The notes under the pieces were generated by a model. The model did no database searches, was not told the origin of the DNA, and saw only the letters and a list, made by a program, of their open reading frames with translations. This document shows, in pieces, positions 47,866-57,008 of a stretch of DNA of 64,000 bases (within the stretch, counting starts at the first letter, position 1; each line of letters opens with the position of its first letter). The position numbers were made by a program, and so were the translations under genes. The DNA lies in assembly GCA_965222375.1 (NCBI GenBank), contig CBDCTZ010000016.1, forward strand, positions 3,104,001-3,168,000, read 5' to 3'. Source of the stretch: Polyangiaceae bacterium. Lineage in GTDB: Bacteria > Myxococcota_A > Polyangia > Polyangiales > Polyangiaceae.

Positions 47866-49200
47866 TCAACCACCTGAATACAGCTGGATCAGGTAGTCCA
47901 TCTGCGCGTTCGACGCCGCTACGCGCGTGTCCATGGAGGAGAACTGCTTGCGGAGCAGATCGGCGTAGCGCTCCAGGCGCTTTTCCTCCGCGGCAACCCG
48001 GTCGTCCAGGCTGTCGGCGCGCTCTTCGAGGGTCTCTTTGCGCATGTCGAGCAGTCCGGTGCCGGTTTCCGTGAAGTTGCCGACGACATCCCGGAATACA
48101 TCCATGGCGCCATCGTTTCCGGTCACTCCCGCGAGCATCTGCTTCACGGAGTCTGGGTCCGTTTGGACCGCCGTAGAGAACTTGGCTGAGTCCAGACTGA
48201 GCTTGCCGGATTTGTCGGCGGTGAGGCCGATGCTACCGAGCGTCTGGTAGTTGCCGGAGCCTGCGACGACGGTCTGCAGGGCGGCAGAGAGCTTGGTGCC
48301 GAGGCCTCGCAGCATGGAATCCCCGGCTAGTACCGGATTGGTGGGTTTGATGCTGCCGTAACCCGCCGTGGCTTGGATCTTGTCCACGACGGCGTTGTAG
48401 GCGGTCACGAGGCTTTCGAGTTTGGTTTGAAGGCCGTCGGGGTCTGCGGCGACGCTCACGGTGACCGGTGAAGTCGTCGTCTCGGTCAAGTCGAGGGTCA
48501 GGCCTTGGATGGCGCCGCTGATTTGGTTGGTGGACCGGGTGACCGTGAAACCGTCGATGCTGACTACAGCGTCCGACGCGGCTTGTTTGGTATTGGCTGG
48601 GGTAGTCAGCCCCAGAGTGGTCGTGGTTTCTGCGAAGCTGATGGCGTTGGCGGTACCCGTGTCCTGGCCGGACACCTGCATGTAGTAGTTCGTGCCGTCG
48701 TAGAATACCGAGGCGTTGACTCGCGCGGAGCTGGAGTTGATCTTGCCAACAATGTCCTCAAGGGTGTCCGCCGCATCGATGGTGATGCTCACCGGGCCGT
48801 CGGTACCTACGGTGATATCCAGGTTTCCGGACTGGCCGAGGGCCGTCGTGCTGGAGGCGAAGGCATCCGTATAGGTGCGCTGCTCCTTGGCCAAGCTCGT
48901 GACGTCGATGGCGTAGCTGCCGGGTTGGGCCGTGCCCAGTGCTGAAACTCCGATGGCCGTCGATGAAGACGACGCGGTGTAGCTGGCGGCGTCTGACGGC
49001 TCGTCCAAGGCTTCCAAGGACGTCTTCAGAGTTGCCAGCATGCTGCCCAAGTCCGACAGGGTGCTGACGGCAGCATGAGTCGAGGCTGCACGACTCTTGA
49101 GGGAAGACACCGCACCGCTGGAAGCGCCGACCAGGCCATTGACGATACCTTCCGTATCGATTCCTGAACCGATGCCGCCGAAAGAAATGGTACCGGGCAT
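47866..49200 (-). CDS. fliD: Flagellar filament cap protein FliD
   Basis: GIGSGIDT..IV, ASDA...DG..VTRSTN, GDSMLR, LRKQFSSMD. Confidence 0.93.
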   Translation of the reverse strand: MPGTISFGGIGSGIDTEGIVNGLVGASSGAVSSLKSRAASTHAAVSTLSDLGSMLATLKTSLEALDEPSDAASYTASSSSTAIGVSALGTAQPGSYAIDVTSLAKEQRTYTDAFASSTTALGQSGNLDITVGTDGPVSITIDAADTLEDIVGKINSSSARVNASVFYDGTNYYMQVSGQDTGTANAISFAETTTTLGLTTPANTKQAASDAVVSIDGFTVTRSTNQISGAIQGLTLDLTETTTSPVTVSVAADPDGLQTKLESLVTAYNAVVDKIQATAGYGSIKPTNPVLAGDSMLRGLGTKLSAALQTVVAGSGNYQTLGSIGLTADKSGKLSLDSAKFSTAVQTDPDSVKQMLAGVTGNDGAMDVFRDVVGNFTETGTGLLDMRKETLEERADSLDDRVAAEEKRLERYADLLRKQFSSMDTRVAASNAQMDYLIQLYSGG

Positions 49201-49231
49201 CTATCAACTACCTTCCGTGTGCTGGGCGTTC

Positions 49232-49274
49232 AAAAAGAGAAAAGGCCGGATCGAGTCGGTTGACCCGATCCGGC
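49232..49274 (-). terminator. Intrinsic terminator after flagellin
   Basis: GCCGGATCG/CGATCCGGC stem followed by TTTTCTCTTTTT on the minus strand. Confidence 0.75.
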
Positions 49275-49286
49275 TTGGTGTTGTCG

Positions 49287-50120
49287 CTATCGTCCGATCA
49301 GCCCGAAGGCCATTTGTGGCAACTGATTGGCCTGAGCAAGGACGGAGATGCCCGCCTGACTCAATACCTGGTTGCGGCTCATTGCGGCGGTTTCCTCGGC
49401 CACGTCCACGTCGCGGATGCGCGAGTTGGCGGCAGAGAGGTTCAGACGCATGGTTTGGATGTTGCTGGTTGCGACTTCCAAGCGGTTCATCGCAGCACCG
49501 AACTTGGAGCGAGCGCTTGACGTTGTCGCGATCGCAGTGTCGATGCGGCCCAAGGCGGCTAGGGCTGCCGTGGTACCGGCACCGGATACGACGGTCGTAC
49601 CGGCCAGAAGCGCGGTATAGCCGACGCCGCCGAAGGTCACCGTGATCTTGTCCGCTGCGGTGTTGTTCAGGCCGACCTGGAAGGTGACGCTGGACGCGGT
49701 CGCGCCGACCACTGCCTTGCCGTTGAACTTCGCCGAGCCCTGAATACGAGTGATTTCGCTCTTCAGGAGTCCGAACTCGGTGTTGAGGTAACCGCGGTCG
49801 CTGGAGCTGAGAGAACCGTTCGAGGCCTGCATGGCGAGTTCGCGCATGCGGCCCAAGGCGTTGTGGACCTCGCCCAACGCGCCCTCTGCTGTCTGGGCCA
49901 TGGAGACGCCGTCTCCTGCGTTGCGCTCTGCCACCGTGTACGAACGGATCTGCGACTTCATGCTCTCGCTGATGGCGAGGCCGGCCGCGTCGTCCGCTGC
50001 GGAGTTGATTCGGAATCCACTGGAGAGCTTCGCGAAGCTGCCCATCAGGGATTTCTGGTTGGTGTAGACTGATTTCTGGGCCTGGAGAGATGCGACGTTC
50101 GTCTGAATATTCAGTGCCAT
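49287..50120 (-). CDS. fliC: Flagellin (277 aa)
   Basis: MALNIQTN, LSSGFRINSAADDAAGLAISE, SRIRDVDVAEE, LAQANQ. Confidence 0.96.
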   Translation of the reverse strand: MALNIQTNVASLQAQKSVYTNQKSLMGSFAKLSSGFRINSAADDAAGLAISESMKSQIRSYTVAERNAGDGVSMAQTAEGALGEVHNALGRMRELAMQASNGSLSSSDRGYLNTEFGLLKSEITRIQGSAKFNGKAVVGATASSVTFQVGLNNTAADKITVTFGGVGYTALLAGTTVVSGAGTTAALAALGRIDTAIATTSSARSKFGAAMNRLEVATSNIQTMRLNLSAANSRIRDVDVAEETAAMSRNQVLSQAGISVLAQANQLPQMAFGLIGR

Positions 50121-50190
50121 GGGTAGACTCCTTCTTGGAGAGAACCGATGGCGAATGCCACCGGGGGGCTTCATTGCCCGTCAGTCCATG

Positions 50191-50217
50191 CGAACGGTCG
50201 CTTCGACCCTGGCTTGA
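50191..50217 (-). promoter_or_regulatory. Probable sigma28 promoter of the first flagellin
   Basis: TCAAG-N14-ACCGTTCG on the minus strand. Confidence 0.55.
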
Positions 50218-50429
50218 GAAAAAAAACGTCATCTCGCTGACGCGGGCGCTCTCCCTTAGAACTCCAGGCGAAAGTCCCGGGCAAACCCCCAGGACGCCTT
50301 GGGCGCCCTGACCCGGGATTTTCACGTGGTCCGTCCGTTGGGCGCGGACGTGCCGCGCCCTGCCATCGAGGGCACCCGGGAGTACGGGTGGCGACTCGAT
50401 GTGTAGGTTCACATCAGGCTCCCGGCGGC

Positions 50430-51266
50430 CTAGCCACCGCGGACCAGGTTCAAAGCGAGCTGGGGCAACTGGTTCGCTTGCGCCAACACCGCCACACCTG
50501 CCTGGCTGAGCACCTGACTTCGCGCCAGCTGCGCCGTTTCCTCGGCGACATCCACGTCTCGGATCCGGCTGTTCGCCGCCGAGATGTTGAGGCGCATGGT
50601 CTGGATGTTGCTGGTGACGATCTCGAGCCGGTTCATGGCCGCACCGTACTTGGCGCGGGAGGTCGAGATGTTCGACAAGGCCCCATCGATCCGGCTCAGC
50701 GCTGCCAGGGACGCGGTCGTGCCCGCACCCGCGAGGGTGGTGGTTGCCGCTAGAATGGTAGTCAGTCCGGGCCCGCCGAAGGTGACTTGAAGCTGGTCGC
50801 TAGCAGTGTTGTTGAGGCCAATCTGGAACGTGACCGACGTCGCCGTGTTGGACAGCAGCTTCACGCCGTTGAACTTGGTCGAGTCCTGGATCCGGGTCAG
50901 CTCGTTTTGAAGCAGCTTGAACTCCGTGTCCAGATAGCCTCGGTCCGTGGAGCTCATGGCGCCGTTTGCGCCTTGCATGGCCATCTCACGCATTCGGCCG
51001 ATGATGTTGTGCATCTCGCCCAGTGCGGCTTCACCGGTCTGGGTCATGCTGATGGCGTCGTTGGCGTTGCGCTCCGCGACGACGTAGGAGCGGATCTGGG
51101 TCTTCATACTTTCGCTGATCGCGAGTCCCGCGGCATCGTCAGCTGCGCTGTTGATCCGAAAGCCGCTAGACAAGCGCTCGAAGCTCTTGGCCAGCTTCAT
51201 TTGCGTCTTGCTTATGTTCTTCTGGGTTGAAAGTGACGAAACGTTGGTTTGGGTCACCAGAGCCAT
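50430..51266 (-). CDS. fliC: Flagellin (278 aa), second paralog
   Basis: LSSGFRINSAADDAAGLAISE, SRIRDVDVAEE, LAQANQLPQ. Confidence 0.96.
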   Translation of the reverse strand: MALVTQTNVSSLSTQKNISKTQMKLAKSFERLSSGFRINSAADDAAGLAISESMKTQIRSYVVAERNANDAISMTQTGEAALGEMHNIIGRMREMAMQGANGAMSSTDRGYLDTEFKLLQNELTRIQDSTKFNGVKLLSNTATSVTFQIGLNNTASDQLQVTFGGPGLTTILAATTTLAGAGTTASLAALSRIDGALSNISTSRAKYGAAMNRLEIVTSNIQTMRLNISAANSRIRDVDVAEETAQLARSQVLSQAGVAVLAQANQLPQLALNLVRGG

Positions 51267-51284
51267 GGTTGGGTTTCCTCTCGT

Positions 51285-53204
51285 TTATGGGTTCGGACGG
51301 CTCTCCGGCATCGCTTCGATTGCTGCGGCGACGGAGAGAAACTTGTTGCGGAGTTGCTTGCTGGCGTGGGAGATCGCCAGCGCAACGATGGTTTCCCGCT
51401 TCAAGGACACACGAGCTTCGTCGGCGGCATCACCGATCCTCACGTCGTGCTTTTCCTGCAGCGCGGCGTCGACCGCAGCGAAGCTGAAGGTGTCTACGAG
51501 CGGGGCCTTGCGAACTGCGTCCCGCAGGGCTCGTTCCGCTTTCTCCAACTTGGAGAACAGGCCGGCGATCTTGTTGCGCTTGCCCAGGCGCATTGCCTCC
51601 ATCGCCCCTTCCGCCAGCACCCGCGCCTGGCGTGCGCGGCGCCCGACATTGCCCGCGCTCTCCGCTTTGTCACGTAGATAGCTCACGAGCTCGGCTCGGC
51701 TGATGGCGCGCATTCGCTCGCGCGCGCGGCGCTCCAGGTCTGCCGCACTTAGTGGGTGCTCCGCTAACCCTGCAAGCACCTCGCTCAGCGTGCGTTCCGT
51801 GAAGTCCTCTATCCGCGCTCCGCCCTCGGTCGCGTTGATCAGGGAAAGGGTGGGGCGCTGTCGAGCCAGCACGCGCGCGGCGTCTCCGAACCACGCGCGC
51901 ACGGGCGTGAAGGACATGCCCGTGGGCACGATGCCGTCGCCGCCCCAGGCCGTAACCCACTCCACGGCTTCCTTGTCATGCATCGGCGTCGTGCCGGCGT
52001 CGTGGGTCTGGCGCAAGGTCTTGCACCAATCGAGCTCGAGGTTCTTTCCGTCTTCAGAGACCCGCGCTCGAGACTCGGCATAGGCGGTTCCCGGCGCGTA
52101 GGCTTGGCCATCGGTGTAGGCGAGGTCCTGACCAACGAGGACGATGGGATTGCAACCAAGACGCTCCGCCAGAGAGAATGCGGCGGTCGTGACGCTGCCG
52201 CAGACCGGAAGCCCGACGTGCCCGGTCAGCTCTTCCATTGGCTGAGAAATCTCTGGAAGTGCCTCGTATACCGGCAGCAGAGGCCCGTTGCCGGTCCGCA
52301 GCGTCTTTGGATGGGCCGTCAGGCTGAAGGCCCGGACGACGCGGTCGATGAATGGCAGGTCTTTCAGCAAATGTGAAACGTCGACGGACTCGAGACACGC
52401 GAGTACTTGAGGTTCGACGTCATAGCTGGCCAGCGCCCGAGCACTGGTGTTGACGCAGATGACCAGACCCTTCTTGCTCGCTTCCGCTAGGAGTGCGCCA
52501 TTTTTTCCCAGGGAAGGGCCGGCGCCGACGATGAAGGCTGGGACGTTGGGTAGTGCCCCGGCCAGCGCAAGAGCCGTGGGCTGGTCCACGAGGAGTTCGA
52601 TGTTGTCGAGCAAGTCTTCGACCCAAACCTGCGCCCGGGTACGAAACGTGTTCATGTTCACGCCGATCCGGGCGACCAGTTCTTCCAGTTTCTCGGTGAG
52701 CGCCAGCTCTTGCTCTGGGAACTGCGCGCTGTAGCCGGAGGTTCGCACCACCGTAGCGGTGCTCTGACTCTGAGCGATCCCCGGCCAGATCTGACTCAAG
52801 TCGAAGAGATCCGTGACGAGCTCCACGTCGCCCAAGTCGATGGGGCCGTGCTCGAGGACTGCCCGCGCGATGCCTGGGTCGGGCTCGAAGACGACGACGC
52901 GCCCTAGCGTCTGGGCACGTGCCGCTCGTGCGGCATTACCCGCTCCGAGCCCGAAGACCACGACGATCGCGTCTGAGTCCCCAGGCACGGAGAGCTCCGT
53001 AGGTGTGTCGAGCAGTCCGCTTGCAGTACGTACGACCAGATCCCCAGATGAGAGCCGTGTGAGGTCACCGCCCGTGCTGGCCGCCTGCACCGCTTTGAGG
53101 GTCAGGGGCGCGAGCCCCAAACAGCGCAGGTTGTCGTCGAAGACATCTTCTCGGAAGTCGGGCTCCCGCCGAGCAATGACAGCTGACGCAGTCGACACGT
53201 TCAC
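51285..53204 (-). CDS. Motility-associated factor (Maf/DUF115) flagellin glycosyltransferase
   Basis: VFGLGAG, VFEPD, IVGAGPSL.KN, GSVT..AF, GCNPIVLVGQDLAY, INATEGGARI; adjacent to the flagellins. Confidence 0.88.
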   Translation of the reverse strand: MNVSTASAVIARREPDFREDVFDDNLRCLGLAPLTLKAVQAASTGGDLTRLSSGDLVVRTASGLLDTPTELSVPGDSDAIVVVFGLGAGNAARAARAQTLGRVVVFEPDPGIARAVLEHGPIDLGDVELVTDLFDLSQIWPGIAQSQSTATVVRTSGYSAQFPEQELALTEKLEELVARIGVNMNTFRTRAQVWVEDLLDNIELLVDQPTALALAGALPNVPAFIVGAGPSLGKNGALLAEASKKGLVICVNTSARALASYDVEPQVLACLESVDVSHLLKDLPFIDRVVRAFSLTAHPKTLRTGNGPLLPVYEALPEISQPMEELTGHVGLPVCGSVTTAAFSLAERLGCNPIVLVGQDLAYTDGQAYAPGTAYAESRARVSEDGKNLELDWCKTLRQTHDAGTTPMHDKEAVEWVTAWGGDGIVPTGMSFTPVRAWFGDAARVLARQRPTLSLINATEGGARIEDFTERTLSEVLAGLAEHPLSAADLERRARERMRAISRAELVSYLRDKAESAGNVGRRARQARVLAEGAMEAMRLGKRNKIAGLFSKLEKAERALRDAVRKAPLVDTFSFAAVDAALQEKHDVRIGDAADEARVSLKRETIVALAISHASKQLRNKFLSVAAAIEAMPESRPNP

Positions 53205-53357
53205 TTCCGCGAGTACTTCACGTCCCGTGCCAACGCGGTATTTGCGGGTGAGGGCCCTGATGCGGCGACAGCGTCGCCTTTGTCCACAGGTTTGTCCCCT
53301 TCCGTCGCTGGCCTGACGCCCGTCAGCGCCAGGGGCGTGACGCTGGCGCAGTGTTCG

Positions 53358-53606
53358 TCACTCGGCGCCGGCGGCAGGCGTCGCTGCCACCGGGTCGAGC
53401 TGCTCGAGGGCGTCGTCAGCACTCATGGACAGCGCTTCGCGGTTGGCGCGCTCGATGTCATCAAAAAGCTCGCCGCGCAGTATCGTCGTCGACTTGGGTG
53501 CGACGATTCCGACCTTCACCTGGCGCCTGCTGATGTCGGCAATGACGACTTCAATGCCGCCGCCGATGACGATCCGCTGGCCCCTCCGTCGCGCGATCAC
53601 GAGCAT
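53358..53606 (-). CDS. csrA: Carbon storage regulator CsrA (long C-terminal helix type)
   Basis: MLVIARR.GQ.I.IG..I.V..QVKVGI.AP...ILRGEL..I..AN. Confidence 0.9.
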   Translation of the reverse strand: MLVIARRRGQRIVIGGGIEVVIADISRRQVKVGIVAPKSTTILRGELFDDIERANREALSMSADDALEQLDPVAATPAAGAE

Positions 53607-53621
53607 TGAGCTACTAGCGAA

Positions 53622-53636
53622 GCAGTGACCATGCCA
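53622..53636 (-). promoter_or_regulatory. sigma54 promoter upstream of csrA
   Basis: TGGCATGGTCACTGC (GG-N10-GC). Confidence 0.65.
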
Positions 53637-53640
53637 TGTC

Positions 53641-54522
53641 TCAGCCGAAGCGATGCAAGGCGCTCAGATCCAGTATCTGACGCGACACGGTGACGGCCTG
53701 CTCCAAAGATTGATTCAGGGACATCATCTTGGAATAGGACGAGAAGGGGTCGGCCTGGCTCACGCGTTGGTCTTGAGCGGCCAGGCCCAAATTGGTTTGC
53801 TCGAGGAGAGCGTCACTGGTCCGGAGCTTTTCGCTCAGCAAGCCCACCTTGGAGCGAGCCTGGATGAGCTGTTTTTGAGACGCTTCCAATCCGTCCAGGG
53901 TTGCCGCGACGGCGGCCGGGTCGTCGTTGCTGAGGGCAGTTTCGAGGGCGTCGAGGTCGGCAAAAACGTCGCGCCCGCCTGCCATGGTGAAGGCTTCGGC
54001 GCCGGCAAGATCGATCACGGTCGGCCCGCTCGCACCCAGGTCAACCACGAGGTCCGTGGCATCCCCGGAATACACGCCAGCCGCGTCGAAGGGCGCCGTG
54101 GCAGTTTGACTGCCTCCGAATAGGTAGCCGCGAGTGCCTTCGGTATTGCCCACGGTGACCAGCTGATCTCGGAGGTTTCGCACGGCTTCGGCCAAGGAAT
54201 TGCGCTCGTCAGCGGACAGACTGCCATTGGCGCCCTGGATGGCGATTTCGCGCGCGCGGGCGAACAGGTCGGAGGCTTCCGCCAGGGAGCTCTCGGCTTG
54301 CTCTGTGTCCCCAAGGGTGTGGCGTACGGTTTGGCGTTGGGCTTCGACCCGAGCCTGGGCTGAGCGATTGCGTATCAGCTCTGCCGCCGCGATAGGATCG
54401 TCGGAAGGCGCGGAGACTCGAGAGCCCGATAGCGCCTCGCGCGCAGCTTCGTTCTGTCGGGAGCTCAGCTCAGCCAAGGTGCGCGACACGTTGGCGTACT
54501 TCAGGCCTTCGGTGACTCTCAT
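53641..54522 (-). CDS. flgL: Flagellar hook-associated protein FlgL
   Basis: MRVT, SG.RV..PSDDP, GANG.LS, YLFGG. Confidence 0.92.
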   Translation of the reverse strand: MRVTEGLKYANVSRTLAELSSRQNEAAREALSGSRVSAPSDDPIAAAELIRNRSAQARVEAQRQTVRHTLGDTEQAESSLAEASDLFARAREIAIQGANGSLSADERNSLAEAVRNLRDQLVTVGNTEGTRGYLFGGSQTATAPFDAAGVYSGDATDLVVDLGASGPTVIDLAGAEAFTMAGGRDVFADLDALETALSNDDPAAVAATLDGLEASQKQLIQARSKVGLLSEKLRTSDALLEQTNLGLAAQDQRVSQADPFSSYSKMMSLNQSLEQAVTVSRQILDLSALHRFG

Positions 54523-55913
54523 GACCCGACTCTCGCCATCAGCTCACGCAACAGTTCATCCACGGTGCTGATGACTTTCGCGGCGGCTTCGTAGCCTCGC
54601 TGGTAGCGTGTCAGGGAGATCATCTCTTCATCCAAAGACACCCCGCTCTCGCTCTCTCGCAGAGCTTCGACTTGAGCCAGTACACCCTGGCGAAGCTGGC
54701 CTTCGCTTGCGGCACTGGCCTTGCGCATTCCGAAGTCGCCCACGATGTCCGAGTACGCTTCCGTGAAGGTGCGGGTGCCTCCGCTTGCGGCGTTCGCGGT
54801 CGAAAGCGCGGACAGCAGCGCCGCATTGTCACTGCCCCCGGGGAGGTCGGCGACGTTGGCAGAGGCGGCCACGCGATCGGGTTGCCCCGCGAGCTGCGGG
54901 TCCACGCGAATGGCCCGGGCGGCGCCGGCTGCCGTTGCCGTGATCTCGAATAGGGGGCGGCCGCCCACGCCATCGAGGCCGACGCCTGCGGCATGCTGGG
55001 TGTTGACTGCCGTGGCCAGATCGAAGGCGAGCTGATCCAGCCGCTGCGCGGTGGCCGCAAGGTCTACGTCCCGAGCATCTCGGATCCCGGCCAGCGCGCC
55101 GCCGCTCAGGTATTTCGTGATTTCCGTGGGTTGTCCGCTTCCGGAGCTGGCAAAGAGTCGAATGTTGCCGTTCGCAGCCAAGTCGATGGAAAGGGAGCGT
55201 GCGTTTTCACCCTCGACCAAGGTCGTTCCCGCAGCCTGTACGACCAAGTGCCCCTCCCCGTCGGTGAAGGTGTGCACGTCGACTTGGTTGGACAGCCCGA
55301 GCAGCATTTGATTGAGGCGGTCTTTGAGGTCCGCAGCGTCCTGACCCGAAGCTTCTGCCAAGGAGATCTGCCGGTTCAGCTCCGAGAGCTGGATCGCCTT
55401 CTGATTGATTTCGTCGACCACGGCGCGCCCGCGAGACAGCTGCTCTTCCCGAGCACTGGCGATGCCGTCGGCGATGTCGCGGATGTGGCTGGTGAGCTGC
55501 TCCGCGCGCTGCAGCAAATTGACTCGCGTGGTGGGATCCGACGGATTGGACGCGACGGAGCTGAACGCGCCGAAGAGCTGGTCCAAGGAACTGCCTAGGC
55601 CGGTGCCCAAGAAGTCGTTGAGAAGCGGTTCCACCCGGCCCAGCTGGCCATCTCGTTCACTCGCCGCCGAGGCCAAGCTGGCGGCTGCGTAGTAACGCCG
55701 GTCCACATACTGATCCGCCGCGCGGCGCAGCCCCACGGCTTCGACCCCGCCGTAGGTTTGAGTTCCCAAGACGACGTTCTGGAGGATGGCCTCCCGGCGG
55801 ACGTAGCCGCCCGTGTTGGCGTTGGCGACATTCTGCCCGGCGACACCGAGCCCATAGGACTGTGCGGAAAGCGCGTCGCGGGCCGTATAAAGAAGCTGCG
55901 ACAGGGAGCCCAT
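54519..55913 (-). CDS. flgK: Flagellar hook-associated protein FlgK
   Basis: GQNVANANT.GYVR, SGVSLDEEM..L..YQ..Y.AAAK. Confidence 0.94.
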   Translation of the reverse strand: MGSLSQLLYTARDALSAQSYGLGVAGQNVANANTGGYVRREAILQNVVLGTQTYGGVEAVGLRRAADQYVDRRYYAAASLASAASERDGQLGRVEPLLNDFLGTGLGSSLDQLFGAFSSVASNPSDPTTRVNLLQRAEQLTSHIRDIADGIASAREEQLSRGRAVVDEINQKAIQLSELNRQISLAEASGQDAADLKDRLNQMLLGLSNQVDVHTFTDGEGHLVVQAAGTTLVEGENARSLSIDLAANGNIRLFASSGSGQPTEITKYLSGGALAGIRDARDVDLAATAQRLDQLAFDLATAVNTQHAAGVGLDGVGGRPLFEITATAAGAARAIRVDPQLAGQPDRVAASANVADLPGGSDNAALLSALSTANAASGGTRTFTEAYSDIVGDFGMRKASAASEGQLRQGVLAQVEALRESESGVSLDEEMISLTRYQRGYEAAAKVISTVDELLRELMARVGS

Positions 55914-55917
55914 GGGA

Positions 55918-56274
55918 CTAGACCTTCACGTCCAAGCGAACGGGTGCCGTACTCTGGCGCGCCAGCGGATGCTCTATGCTGGGAGCTCCGGTCATGGTTG
56001 CGATCACTCCCCGCACGGTGTCTCTGGCGTGCACCAGCAACATCTGGTTGTTGAGTGCTGCGACTCGCACGCGTTCGGCGATCTCGCGATCTTCTTGCGC
56101 CAGGGGACCAGCCTGAGCAAGCCCGCGCTCGACTTTCAGTTTGCGCGCGGCGATTTGCTCCAGCTCCTCCCCCTTGGGGCTGCGAAGCGCGAGGGCCTCT
56201 TCAGCCAGGATGACCTCGAGTTCTTCGAGGAGCTTGCGCGGCGTTTTTGGCGTTCTCTGTGGCCCTGATTCCAT
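55918..56274 (-). CDS. flgN: Probable flagellar export chaperone FlgN
   Basis: Position between flgM and flgK; L.EE..AL, K, N..LL pattern. Confidence 0.65.
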   Translation of the reverse strand: MESGPQRTPKTPRKLLEELEVILAEEALALRSPKGEELEQIAARKLKVERGLAQAGPLAQEDREIAERVRVAALNNQMLLVHARDTVRGVIATMTGAPSIEHPLARQSTAPVRLDVKV

Positions 56275-56297
56275 GACTACCTTCCCCCCACCCCGTG

Positions 56298-56585
56298 CTA
56301 TCCGAGCTCGTCCAAAATGCGACCTGCGATCTGATGCGGGTCAACCTGGAACGAACCGTCTTGAATGCGCGCTTTGAGCGCCTCCACCTTTTGTGTGTCC
56401 ACGACTCCCCCAGTTCCACTGGCTGCAAGATCTCGGGCTTCCGCGGAGATGCTCACTTTTGCTGCCTCTGCTGGAGCTTGGGGTGAGCTCGCGTCCACCT
56501 TCTCCGCCGGGCGTGCCTCCTTCACCGGTGACACCGCCATGCGGTGGTAAGCGTCGAGCGCCGGGTTCCCAGTGATGCCTTTCAT
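56298..56585 (-). CDS. flgM: Anti-sigma28 factor FlgM
   Basis: V.IS..AR, KVEALKARIQDGSFQVD..IA..IL. Confidence 0.9.
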   Translation of the reverse strand: MKGITGNPALDAYHRMAVSPVKEARPAEKVDASSPQAPAEAAKVSISAEARDLAASGTGGVVDTQKVEALKARIQDGSFQVDPHQIAGRILDELG

Positions 56586-56998
56586 TCTGTCCTCCGATTG
56601 ACCGGGGTCGACTCGCTAGGGGTCGCCCTAACATGGGTGATCGGCACCGCATCAGAAGCCTTGAGGGGAATTCGTGGACCCGTGCCTAAGTCATTGGAAG
56701 TATTGACTAATTTTCCTGACGCGGGGGCCAGCTGAGTGACCATGTCGCGGGCGAGGCCCAGCCCTCCAGCCTGGGCAATGGCGTCCGAAAGGGCCTCGAC
56801 CACCATGGAGCCATAGGCCGTCGCCCCAGCGGGACCCGAACCCGTGCCGGAGACCCGAGCAGATTTTTCCAACGCGGAGAGCACCCGCCGGAGCAGCATC
56901 GATTCAAACTGCTGGCTCGCCTGGTTCAACTTCGCATTGCGCTGCTGCTCTCGGGCAGCGTGCAAAGCGAGATTGGGCGTGGGGCTAACGTTGGTCAT
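56582..56998 (-). CDS. flgJ: Single-domain rod-binding FlgJ
   Basis: L..ASQQFESML, GGLGLA; directly after flgI; no muramidase domain. Confidence 0.75.
   Translation of the reverse strand: MTNVSPTPNLALHAAREQQRNAKLNQASQQFESMLLRRVLSALEKSARVSGTGSGPAGATAYGSMVVEALSDAIAQAGGLGLARDMVTQLAPASGKLVNTSNDLGTGPRIPLKASDAVPITHVRATPSESTPVNRRTE
56638..56664 (-). promoter_or_regulatory. sigma28 promoter for flgM-flgN-flgK-flgL, inside the flgJ 3' end
   Basis: TCAAG-N14-GCCGATCA, close to the FliA consensus. Confidence 0.75.
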
Positions 56999-57008
56999 GA
57001 ATCCATAC

